Assembly (NCBI RefSeq): GCF_000354175.2
Contig: NC_022349.1
Span: 420,001 to 452,000, forward strand
Reading direction: 5' to 3'
Length of the DNA: 32,000 bases
Source: Vibrio alginolyticus NBRC 15630 = ATCC 17749
GTDB lineage: Bacteria; Pseudomonadota; Gammaproteobacteria; Enterobacterales; Vibrionaceae
Both the position numbers and the translations under genes were made by a program. Positions 8,544-15,561 of the stretch are shown one piece after another. Numbering within the stretch: position 1 is the stretch's first letter; every line of letters starts with the position of its first letter. Under the pieces are notes generated by a model. That model made no database searches, was not told where the DNA came from, and saw nothing but the letters and a program-made list of their open reading frames with translations.

Positions 8544-8580
8544 AGGGTAAGTCACACAAGACTGATGTGTGACTTACCCT
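8544..8580. repeat. Perfect 15-bp inverted repeat (hairpin) in the spacer between the DJ-1 gene and the zinc-ribbon gene
   Basis: AGGGTAAGTCACACA (8544-8558), 7-nt loop, TGTGTGACTTACCCT (8566-8580). There is no U-tract on either strand. Confidence 0.85.
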
Positions 8581-8616
8581 AAACACTAAAACTAACGTAA
8601 TGTAAAACACCACATG

Positions 8617-9255
8617 TTATGAATGATTATTTAACGCCTTGTTATCCGAGCTTGCTAACTCTGCTGATTGAATAGTTGTGGCAATAAGTTCTTCAAACAG
8701 CTCTAATTGCCCAGCAGGTATCAATTGATTTTGTATAGCTTTTCGTTTGTTTGAGTCAAATAGCCGCTCTGTTAACCAACCAATTAGATACATCAGTGAA
8801 AGACAGCCACCGGCCGTCGCTACATTACCGTCTATCACGAGAGGCAGATCCTGAACATCTCCTCCCATACTTTGTAGAACAGCCTTTGCATCTGGGTTTG
8901 TTGTTAATCGCTTGCCTTTTAGTAAACCGAGTTCATGGAGGATGAATGATCCCGCACAAATCGAACCTATTAGCTGCCTATTTGGATCAAGATTCAACGC
9001 TGACATAAATTCAGCATCTTTTAAAGCGGCTGGAATACCCTGTTTGCCGCTTGTAATAAGAACGACATCTTGATTCGTCACCTCAGAAAGGTGTCCGTCT
9101 GTTTTAACTTTCATACCGAGGTGGGAATGATGTTCAGATTTAGTTCCAAGTATACTTACTGTCCAACTGTCGGTTGTGCGCCCCAGCAAGTCATACATAA
9201 GAAAGAAATCGACATCCGTGAAATCATCAAATAAAACAACGCCGATTTTATACAT
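8617..9255 (-). CDS. DJ-1/PfpI family protein (class I glutamine amidotransferase-like fold)
   Basis: MYKIGVVLFDDFTDVDF... with the nucleophile-elbow motif IGSICAGSFIL. The ATG at 9255 has an AAGGA RBS. The 37-codon upstream extension in the track (to 9366) is probably not coding. Confidence 0.8.
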   Translation of the reverse strand: MYKIGVVLFDDFTDVDFFLMYDLLGRTTDSWTVSILGTKSEHHSHLGMKVKTDGHLSEVTNQDVVLITSGKQGIPAALKDAEFMSALNLDPNRQLIGSICAGSFILHELGLLKGKRLTTNPDAKAVLQSMGGDVQDLPLVIDGNVATAGGCLSLMYLIGWLTERLFDSNKRKAIQNQLIPAGQLELFEELIATTIQSAELASSDNKALNNHS

Positions 9256-9343
9256 AACATTTATCCTTTTGGACTTACTCGTAAGTCGCAAAATGTGTAG
9301 TAGGAGGGGAGGGGCATTCAATACGCAAGCTTCTACTGAGCAC

Positions 9344-9415
9344 CTTAAACACCAAAGGCGGTGCAAACTAACAATGCCATGTGTGCCAAATCCCTATTAT
9401 AAAACTTTGTTATGT
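9344..9415 (-). repeat. Spacer element copy 1, about 72 bp, with attC-like ends (speculative)
   Basis: The minus strand reads ACATAAC-AAAG...TTGGCA...AGTTT...GGTGTTTAAG. It shares architecture and partial sequence with 11324-11393. Confidence 0.4.
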
Positions 9416-9420
9416 TTGTT

Positions 9421-9819
9421 TTATGAGCCCGCCCAGAAAAACTCAACCCTAATACCACTTGGGTCGTAACACATTAAATGTTTTGCGGGTCCTGTTTTAA
9501 CAAGCTCGGGACCAAACTCAATTTCGATTCCCGACGCCATAAATTGATCACGCAACTCATCGAGTTGCTTCTCAGTCTCTACCAGTAAAGCTAAGTGATG
9601 CAAACCAATATTCGTTTTTCTGTCAAATGGAGTGGCGGCATCAGCCTTAGCCGCCCATAGTGTAAGCATGATATGCCCATCACTCACAAATATTGCCGGG
9701 TAGTCTGGATTTCTTTTTACTTCACTCCAACCTAATTGTTCAGTGAAAAACTTCGCGCTTGCTTCTAGGTTAGATACGGTTAAACCTACGTGGTGTATGC
9801 CTTTTGTTAACACAGTCAC
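9421..9819 (-). CDS. VOC family protein (glyoxalase/bleomycin-resistance/dioxygenase fold)
   Basis: 132 aa. IHHVGLTV...GLHHLAL paired beta-alpha-beta-beta-beta modules. GTG start preceded by AAGGAA. Confidence 0.85.
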   Translation of the reverse strand: MTVLTKGIHHVGLTVSNLEASAKFFTEQLGWSEVKRNPDYPAIFVSDGHIMLTLWAAKADAATPFDRKTNIGLHHLALLVETEKQLDELRDQFMASGIEIEFGPELVKTGPAKHLMCYDPSGIRVEFFWAGS

Positions 9820-10024
9820 TTTGTTTCCTTACTCGTTTTAATGGCTATCAAACAAAGATAACTCGATAAAAAGTAAGCATCAATACACATATATTGATTA
9901 ACTTCGTCAATCTATTCGAATACGGTAATCCAACTGGAAACATAACATTGTAAACAAGAAACCCAATCTTGAACTAAAAATTAAACTTAGAGTTCATTCT
10001 TAAGTACTGTATTAATCAAATACA

Positions 10025-10597
10025 TTAATAGCCATAATATTTAAGCCAGCCTATAGGGCATATCATTCCATTAAAGGTTTGAATGTTCTTATCCAAGCTA
10101 ACGTCTTCCAATTTGTAACAGTGAACAACATTACTAGTCGAAGTAGATGCTGGTGTTGAATACGTTACAGGTTTAGAAGCGTTTGCTTTATGTATTTCAT
10201 GTGCTCGCTGCTGGTCTATCGCCACTTGATTCTTATGATTGTTAACTTCTCGCAATCCAGATTCTAGGGGTAGGTGCCAATCCTTACATGTTGTTCCTAA
10301 ACCATCATTCTGAGACTGATATTCTGATAACGCTACACGAGCTTCATTTACAGACTGATCGATATCGGACTGATCGACTAGCCAAGTAGAAAAAGAATAG
10401 TTAATGGCCTCTCGATAGTTTACCGATTGCTCTAAGCTATAAGCATCGGAATGAAAACAGGCTTCTACTACTGCCCATTGAGTCGATAGGTTTGATAATA
10501 CGTTTTCAGGTATAGGCTGTAGCTGGCTTTGCGTAGACTGGCAACCGGTTAGAAGAAAAGGGACAGGGAGTAGTTTTAGAAAAAATTTTTGGTTCAT
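10025..10597 (-). CDS. Hypothetical lipoprotein
   Basis: MNQKFFLKLLPVPFLLTGCQS contains the lipobox LLTGC. The ATG at 10597 is preferred over the track start at 10663. Confidence 0.6.
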   Translation of the reverse strand: MNQKFFLKLLPVPFLLTGCQSTQSQLQPIPENVLSNLSTQWAVVEACFHSDAYSLEQSVNYREAINYSFSTWLVDQSDIDQSVNEARVALSEYQSQNDGLGTTCKDWHLPLESGLREVNNHKNQVAIDQQRAHEIHKANASKPVTYSTPASTSTSNVVHCYKLEDVSLDKNIQTFNGMICPIGWLKYYGY

Positions 10598-10697
10598 TTT
10601 AATCTTAAAATTAATGCAATCTTTTTCATTATCATAATACAGGACGATTGAAGAAAGTAGCATTTCTATCAGTAAGGGAATGTGGCTAACGCACTGA

Positions 10698-10740
10698 TAA
10701 GGTGTGAGTAAAGCGATATCAAAGCCCTCAACACACCTTA
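10698..10740. repeat. 9-bp perfect inverted repeat with a 25-nt loop
   Basis: TAAGGTGTG (10698-10706) and CACACCTTA (10732-10740). Confidence 0.8.
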
Positions 10741-10745
10741 ACTAC

Positions 10746-10791
10746 GAATACTACCGCATAACAAAGATGCTATGCGGTAACGGTAGTATTC
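10746..10791 (-). terminator. Long hairpin overlapping the stop codon of the NTF2-like gene (terminator-like, no U-tract)
   Basis: GAATACTACCG (10746-10756) pairs perfectly with CGGTAGTATTC (10781-10791). An inner stem CATA/TATG is present, with a bulge on one side. Confidence 0.4.
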
Positions 10792-11239
10792 AGGCTTGAA
10801 CAGTTTGTCGCACGTTGTTCTCGCCTGCCAGCACGGAAATTCTCTCAAAATCTCGACTCGGGAAGTCAGGATCTACGTACACAAACATACGACTTATCAT
10901 TTTTCCTTCAAACTCAAATACACTACAAAAACGCCCTGTGGAAACTTTGTTGTCCGGCCAAGAGGTACCATCACTCATTACGCCGCCTTCCTGTCCTTCA
11001 ACAATGACCTTGTTTCCAGCAGTCGTTATTTGAAAGCCGTCTATGTCGTGCCAGATACTAATCAACGAGCTACCAATCCTATTGCCAAACTCCACTAAGG
11101 CACTCTTTCCTTTCGCTTGCCCAAATTTAGGAAAGAAAAAATCAACATCCTCTGAGAATAGATCCAGATAGCTAGGAGCACCGGCATCTATTTTCTCGAA
11201 ATACTTAACTACTAGCCCAACTAAATCGTCTTTTTCCAT
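10790..11239 (-). CDS. NTF2-like / SnoaL-like superfamily protein
   Basis: 149 aa. Length and pattern (YFEKIDAG...LFSEDVDFFFPKFG...) are typical of SnoaL/NTF2-fold proteins. Confidence 0.7.
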   Translation of the reverse strand: MEKDDLVGLVVKYFEKIDAGAPSYLDLFSEDVDFFFPKFGQAKGKSALVEFGNRIGSSLISIWHDIDGFQITTAGNKVIVEGQEGGVMSDGTSWPDNKVSTGRFCSVFEFEGKMISRMFVYVDPDFPSRDFERISVLAGENNVRQTVQA

Positions 11240-11323
11240 AATTATTTCACACCCATATTAGCTTTACGCACAACGCAGAGTTAAATAGTAAGCGGAGCGA
11301 CCACTCAACCTGAACGTTTGCAT

Positions 11324-11393
11324 CTTAAACACCGAGTACATTTAAACTGAAATTGCCAAGAGTTGCGAATCTTATTGAAGTGCTTTGTTAGAT
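11324..11393 (-). repeat. Spacer element copy 2, about 70 bp, with attC-like ends (speculative)
   Basis: The minus strand reads ATCTAAC-AAAG...TTGGCA...AGTTT...GGTGTTTAAG. Its position relative to the flanking genes matches copy 1. Confidence 0.4.
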
Positions 11394-11402
11394 GTAATCC
11401 GT

Positions 11403-11807
11403 TTAGCCTACGTATACACCATTGAAGTATTCGACGCGTTCTAACGTCATTCTTAACTTACATTCTTCAATCTGGACACCTTGCCAGGGTGAGGGCGTGG
11501 AAGACAGGCCCGTAAACTCACATTCGGCGTCTCTGTATTTTAGCCAAGCTCTTTGGGCCTTTCGAAATGGCTCTACCAGTTCGGTCTGAGACCATGTTTC
11601 CCTTAGTGCTTTTTCTTCCTCACCTATTCTAGCGATTGCTTCCTTGTAACTTTCGTTAAGCTCTTTATCTGCAGATTCCATTTTCTTTTCTACACACTGA
11701 TAACCAGCCATAACGCCACCGCCTTTTACTTTGCAGGGATCTTCAACATCATCAGAGGCCAAGCAAGGTAAAGAAACCAACGCAAATATCATAAGTAATT
11801 TGTTCAA
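11403..11807 (-). CDS. DUF1311 / LprI-like (lysozyme-inhibitor family) secreted protein
   Basis: LNESYKEAI...FRKAQRAWLKYRDAECEF is the DUF1311 signature, and a signal peptide is present. The start is ambiguous among TTG 11819 (track), TTG 11807 (5 nt after GGAGG, preferred) and ATG 11792. Confidence 0.75.
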   Translation of the reverse strand: MNKLLMIFALVSLPCLASDDVEDPCKVKGGGVMAGYQCVEKKMESADKELNESYKEAIARIGEEEKALRETWSQTELVEPFRKAQRAWLKYRDAECEFTGLSSTPSPWQGVQIEECKLRMTLERVEYFNGVYVG

Positions 11808-12072
11808 AATTGCCTCCAAGCTCCGAGTGCTTGTTAAACCGTTATCAGCTATTTTTCCTTTTTAATCATGCAGCTTTTTGCCTGTGCCTTCAAAGATAAA
11901 ATAGAAGGTTAGTGATTCTAGTGCCTAAACAGAAGGTAAAAGAAGATTGATACACGGGTTAAATGACGCCTTAATCTGAGTTATTTTTAGTGGGCGTTTT
12001 GTATCAATTTTTTCTGTGGAATCATTAGTTTGATGGCGTCTGAGGATGTTAAGATGACTCCCATTGAATTTA

Positions 12073-12155
12073 TTATCGCCCTGAAACACCTAGGTTGAAT
12101 TAAGTGGTGACTATTCCCCTCCAATCATGGAGTTGATTCAAAGGTAGGGCGATAA
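12073..12155. repeat. 83-bp structured element bounded by a 10-bp perfect inverted repeat
   Basis: TTATCGCCCT (12073-12082) and AGGGCGATAA (12146-12155). Inner hairpins are CTCCA/TGGAG and CACC/GGTG. Confidence 0.6.
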
Positions 12156-12197
12156 ATGTTGCGATTCGTAATAAAAATTTATGCCAAGTGCAGTTCG

Positions 12198-12449
12198 CTA
12201 TCGCGGCTTATATTGAGTTGGGCAATAACCTCTAATGATGTCTGAGTTTCGTAGCTTGTTGTGTTTTGTATTGCGCCCCGAAACCCTTTTACGCCACAAT
12301 TTAAAGCTACTTGATTTGAGCCGGCTACGCATAAACTGAATCACGTCGGATTCATTCAAACCAAATTGGAATTCGATAGCCTCAAATGGGGTGCGGTCTT
12401 CCCATGCCATTTCTATTATTCTTGACTCAGTTTCCGAGGTCAGTTTCAT
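12198..12449 (-). CDS. TIGR03643 / DUF2805 family protein
   Basis: 83 aa with IIEMAWEDRTPFEAIEFQFGL.E..VI..MR..LK.SSFKLWRKRV.GR.TKH, as I recall the family signature. Confidence 0.8.
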   Translation of the reverse strand: MKLTSETESRIIEMAWEDRTPFEAIEFQFGLNESDVIQFMRSRLKSSSFKLWRKRVSGRNTKHNKLRNSDIIRGYCPTQYKPR

Positions 12450-12547
12450 TTCAAATAACCTATTTTAGAAAAGAGATTTCTACGACGGAAATTGAGTCTT
12501 GGTTCAAATGTTCTTATATGCGTGCTTAGTGTTTAGCGACTTAACAC

Positions 12548-13048
12548 CTACAAAAACTTCTCAATGAGGACTTCGTCTACGTATTTCCCACGAACTTTTG
12601 CATGCTTCTTCGCGGTCCCTACGATTTCGAAGCCTTGTTTGAGATAGGCTGATAACGCTCGCTCATTATCGCTGCGAACGTACGCAAATAGTTTTTCGTA
12701 ACCCTTTTGTTTGGCTACTTCGAATGTCGATTTGAAAAGCTGTTTAGACACACCTTGGCCACGAGCACCGTCACTAACAAACGTACCAATTATGCCAACA
12801 TGGTCAAAAGCTTTTGTATATTGTGCAAAGGGCTCGATATTTTGGAAACCAATGACTTGTGAGCTATTTTCGGATAAAGCGACTGTAAACACGCCCCGTT
12901 CTGGGAAATGAGTAATGAACTCTTTTTCTTCTTCAGGTGTGAAAGGCGTATCTAATACAGTGTATAAACCTTCAATAATGATGGGATTGAGGACGTTTGT
13001 AATGCCTTCAGCATCACCTAAAGTTACCTGACGTACAATTAAATTCAT
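12548..13048 (-). CDS. GNAT family N-acetyltransferase
   Basis: 166 aa. Acetyl-CoA motif A RGQGVSKQLF. C-terminal YLKQGFEIVG. Confidence 0.9.
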   Translation of the reverse strand: MNLIVRQVTLGDAEGITNVLNPIIIEGLYTVLDTPFTPEEEKEFITHFPERGVFTVALSENSSQVIGFQNIEPFAQYTKAFDHVGIIGTFVSDGARGQGVSKQLFKSTFEVAKQKGYEKLFAYVRSDNERALSAYLKQGFEIVGTAKKHAKVRGKYVDEVLIEKFL

Positions 13049-13198
13049 GCCACTTAGCTCCTATTAAAATTAGGGCTGTTTTGTACATGAGTTGGAGACT
13101 TGCGGCAACAAGTAACGTCATTAAGTCGTAAAGAATATACCTATTACACTTAAACGGCGGTTAATAGTGCTGATTGTTACTTTAGTATTTCTGATATA

Positions 13199-13579
13199 TC
13201 ACTTTTTAAGTGACGGCTTAACTTCTACAGAATATTTCCACACCACGATCCCGTTTTCTACAAGATCATAACTCGCGCTTTGACCCTCGGAGTTGAGTAC
13301 AAATACCGGCATTTCCATCCTTGACGTAGCGTCATCTCGGTTGCATGACATGGTAGCTTCAAGCTGTATGCTATTTTTGCTCGGTTCTGAAAGGGTTCCT
13401 AAGTACGTGCAGCCGTCGACAAAACTGGTTTTGCTTTTTCCTTTAGAGGATATTTCAAAAGTCGGAAAAATGAATGTTGATTGAGGCTCTGTTACTACCA
13501 CATTGACTTGATAGTTCGTCGCTGAAAAAGCATTGAAATGAGCTCCAAGCATAAGTAAGAACAAGATTTTTGATTTCAT
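13199..13579 (-). CDS. Hypothetical secreted protein
   Basis: 126 aa with signal peptide MKSKILFLLMLGAHFNAFSA. I recognise no family. Confidence 0.5.
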   Translation of the reverse strand: MKSKILFLLMLGAHFNAFSATNYQVNVVVTEPQSTFIFPTFEISSKGKSKTSFVDGCTYLGTLSEPSKNSIQLEATMSCNRDDATSRMEMPVFVLNSEGQSASYDLVENGIVVWKYSVEVKPSLKK

Positions 13580-13732
13580 AAACTCTTCTTTATTTCGATA
13601 TTACTAGTTTGGTTACGGCGCTATTAACGTGACCACTTAATCTAAAACTTTACTGCGTAAGCATTAAAAAGGATACAAAGGTAGAGTAGTTGAATATGGT
13701 TAATCGGCCGTAAATAGTTTTATTAAGAGATC

Positions 13733-14137
13733 TTACATACCTAAAAGAGGTAAGTTCTTTCGCTTTTGATAGGTTAATGCTAATTCTAAACAGGTCTTGA
13801 TTGAAGCTTCTGGCAAAGGAGCGGATAAAGATAGAATTATTGCTCGATTACCCTGAAACTCAAGTGAGTCACTATACAGTTCGCGGAATGTGTCGACGAG
13901 CTTAGTTTGGCAATTAAAGAACAGATAATAACGACTAGGCGTTTTCTGTTTCCAATCCATCCTTACCGGGCTACCTGTTTTCACACTGTAGCTTGGCTCT
14001 CCCCATTTTAGAGATTCTTCAACTTCCCCCAGTTTTAATTCAGAAGCGATAGTTAAGACGATATTTCGTAGCTCTTCTATCCGAATACGCACATGTTTTG
14101 GATACTCATCAAATCTTGCCTTCACTGCATGGTTCAT
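13733..14137 (-). CDS. DUF1801 (YdhG-like) domain protein
   Basis: 134 aa. The pattern resembles DUF1801 proteins, but the assignment is from memory. Confidence 0.6.
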   Translation of the reverse strand: MNHAVKARFDEYPKHVRIRIEELRNIVLTIASELKLGEVEESLKWGEPSYSVKTGSPVRMDWKQKTPSRYYLFFNCQTKLVDTFRELYSDSLEFQGNRAIILSLSAPLPEASIKTCLELALTYQKRKNLPLLGM

Positions 14138-14185
14138 TGGTATCTCCTATAAATAGCGCTGTTTTGGGGTGAAGCCCAAGCATAC

Positions 14186-14246
14186 TTTGGCTATGTAGCA
14201 ATTACGTCATAATGTTATTAATCAATAAATCTAGCACATAGCCAAA
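14186..14246. repeat. 11-bp perfect inverted repeat with a 39-nt spacer
   Basis: TTTGGCTATGT (14186-14196) and ACATAGCCAAA (14236-14246), between the ynfA stop and the DUF1801 start. Confidence 0.8.
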
Positions 14247-14278
14247 ATACTAAGCGTAAGGGTTTCCCTCGGTTACGT

Positions 14279-14611
14279 TTAGGATGCTCTGGGTGAAAAC
14301 ATGATGATTGACATGCCAAGCATAGCGACAGAAACCCCCACTATGTCCCAGAGCGTTGGTCGAACGCCGTCGATACACCACAACCATAGAATTGCGACAA
14401 AAATATAGACACCACCGTAAGCGGCATAAACTCTGCCAGTTGCGGTAGGATGTAAAGATAGAAGCCAAGCAAACATAGCAAGGCATAGCGCTGCTGGTAC
14501 CAAAAGCCAAACTGACTTATCTTCCTTTAACCAGAGATAAGGTAAGTAGCAGCCTAATATTTCTGCAATGGCGGTTATAAAGAAAAGCCCAATGGTTTTG
14601 ACTTCAGTCAC
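14279..14611 (-). CDS. ynfA: YnfA family (UPF0060) small inner-membrane protein
   Basis: 110 aa with 4 TM segments. [14 protein letters not shown]...LHP...[12 protein letters not shown] closely parallels E. coli YnfA. GTG start. The overlapping track ORF 14250..14510(-) is spurious. Confidence 0.85.
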   Translation of the reverse strand: MTEVKTIGLFFITAIAEILGCYLPYLWLKEDKSVWLLVPAALCLAMFAWLLSLHPTATGRVYAAYGGVYIFVAILWLWCIDGVRPTLWDIVGVSVAMLGMSIIMFSPRAS

Positions 14612-14675
14612 TTAAACATTCCTATCTTTTTCTACAAATATATGAGGCTGGTTAAATGGGCAATTGCTCGGCTCA

Positions 14676-15143
14676 TTACATTTCGCCCAGCTTAATCTTG
14701 GATTGAGCCTCACTCACGGTTTGTTTACCGAATAACAAATCCATCATCGAAATGATTCGTTTGTTGTCTTTACCCCATTTATCTGGATTCGCGCTGTTTG
14801 GTGCTTTAAATTCAACTTGTCCTACTTTTTCGTTATTTTTGTAGGCTTTGATCTGAGCATCAGCGATAAATGTTCTAAAATCCCAGCTCCAGCGTGATAC
14901 GTAAGTAAGTGTCAGCTCAGAGCTAACAGGAGGCGTGCCATCGCTTACGACTGTGCATTTATGGGCGGTATCCAAACACCAGTCTTGCATCGAATCTAAG
15001 AAAACATCTCGCGTGGCGTTGTCTTTTACGATGGTGATTTCCTTGCTCTGATTTTCTTTCGAGATTGTTTCTACCGTATACTTTGGTGCCGCACATGCAG
15101 CTAATAGAATAGGCAAGCTTAGAATGATGAGTTTTTTGTGCAT
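14676..15143 (-). CDS. Hypothetical lipoprotein
   Basis: MHKKLIILSLPILLAACAAP contains the lipobox LLAAC. Confidence 0.6.
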   Translation of the reverse strand: MHKKLIILSLPILLAACAAPKYTVETISKENQSKEITIVKDNATRDVFLDSMQDWCLDTAHKCTVVSDGTPPVSSELTLTYVSRWSWDFRTFIADAQIKAYKNNEKVGQVEFKAPNSANPDKWGKDNKRIISMMDLLFGKQTVSEAQSKIKLGEM

Positions 15144-15561
15144 CTTATGTCTCTTTTTTTTAAATTTATATATTCAAACAACTTCAAGATACTGAGTTCA
15201 ACGAGAATAACTAACAAGCATGGCAACAGTTATTAACAAAACCTTTAGAGTCGAAGGGTTTGTTTCGGGAGTATGCCAATGTCTCGAAGCAAAATAATTA
15301 GTAAGAGATTGCTATAGCGTTATGTTAACTCTTGAACTTATGTCCGTATCAATGTTCAGAATTCTTCGCATTGAAGTTTTTGAAGTGCAATTCTAACGGA
15401 ATTTTAAATTGCTGCATAATGCTCAATTAAGAGGAATAGGGGAGCTTATCGTTAAACATAACGTGTAGTTCTGTAAATTGCCCCCTAAGACTAAGCTAAA
15501 AGGGCCTAATGTTTTAAAATAGCTTCTTGTCTATTCTGTTGTGTGAGTTTTCAATGTTGTC

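Noticed and set aside
9256-9366. N-terminal extensions of track ORFs: DJ-1 to 9366, lipoprotein to 10663, Zn-ribbon to 8613, puuA to 19377
   Set aside because: In each case an internal ATG with a good RBS yields a canonical N-terminus or signal peptide. The extensions run through spacer repeats or hairpins.
9375-9392. Sigma54-like TGGCAC...GCA on the minus strand of the VOC 3-prime spacer
   Set aside because: The GG-to-GC spacing is 2 nt shorter than the -24/-12 consensus.
12033-12098. 21-aa ORF MASEDVKMTPIEFIIALKHLG as a truncated HTH antitoxin-like gene
   Set aside because: The resemblance to the N-termini of XRE-type antitoxins is superficial. There is no RBS, and the downstream frames do not continue a plausible HTH. 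It is too speculative to annotate.
12548-12640. TCTCAAACAAGG inside the GNAT 3-prime coding region as the R-double-prime partner of the GGTGTTAAG motif at the GNAT stop
   Set aside because: It encodes the conserved GNAT C-terminal Y-L-K-Q-G-F motif, and the spacing (about 95 nt) differs from the other copies. The resemblance is probably coincidental.
14250-14510. 86-aa minus-strand ORF overlapping ynfA
   Set aside because: It is an alternative frame of the well-supported YnfA gene. It is Cys/Arg-rich with unnatural composition.
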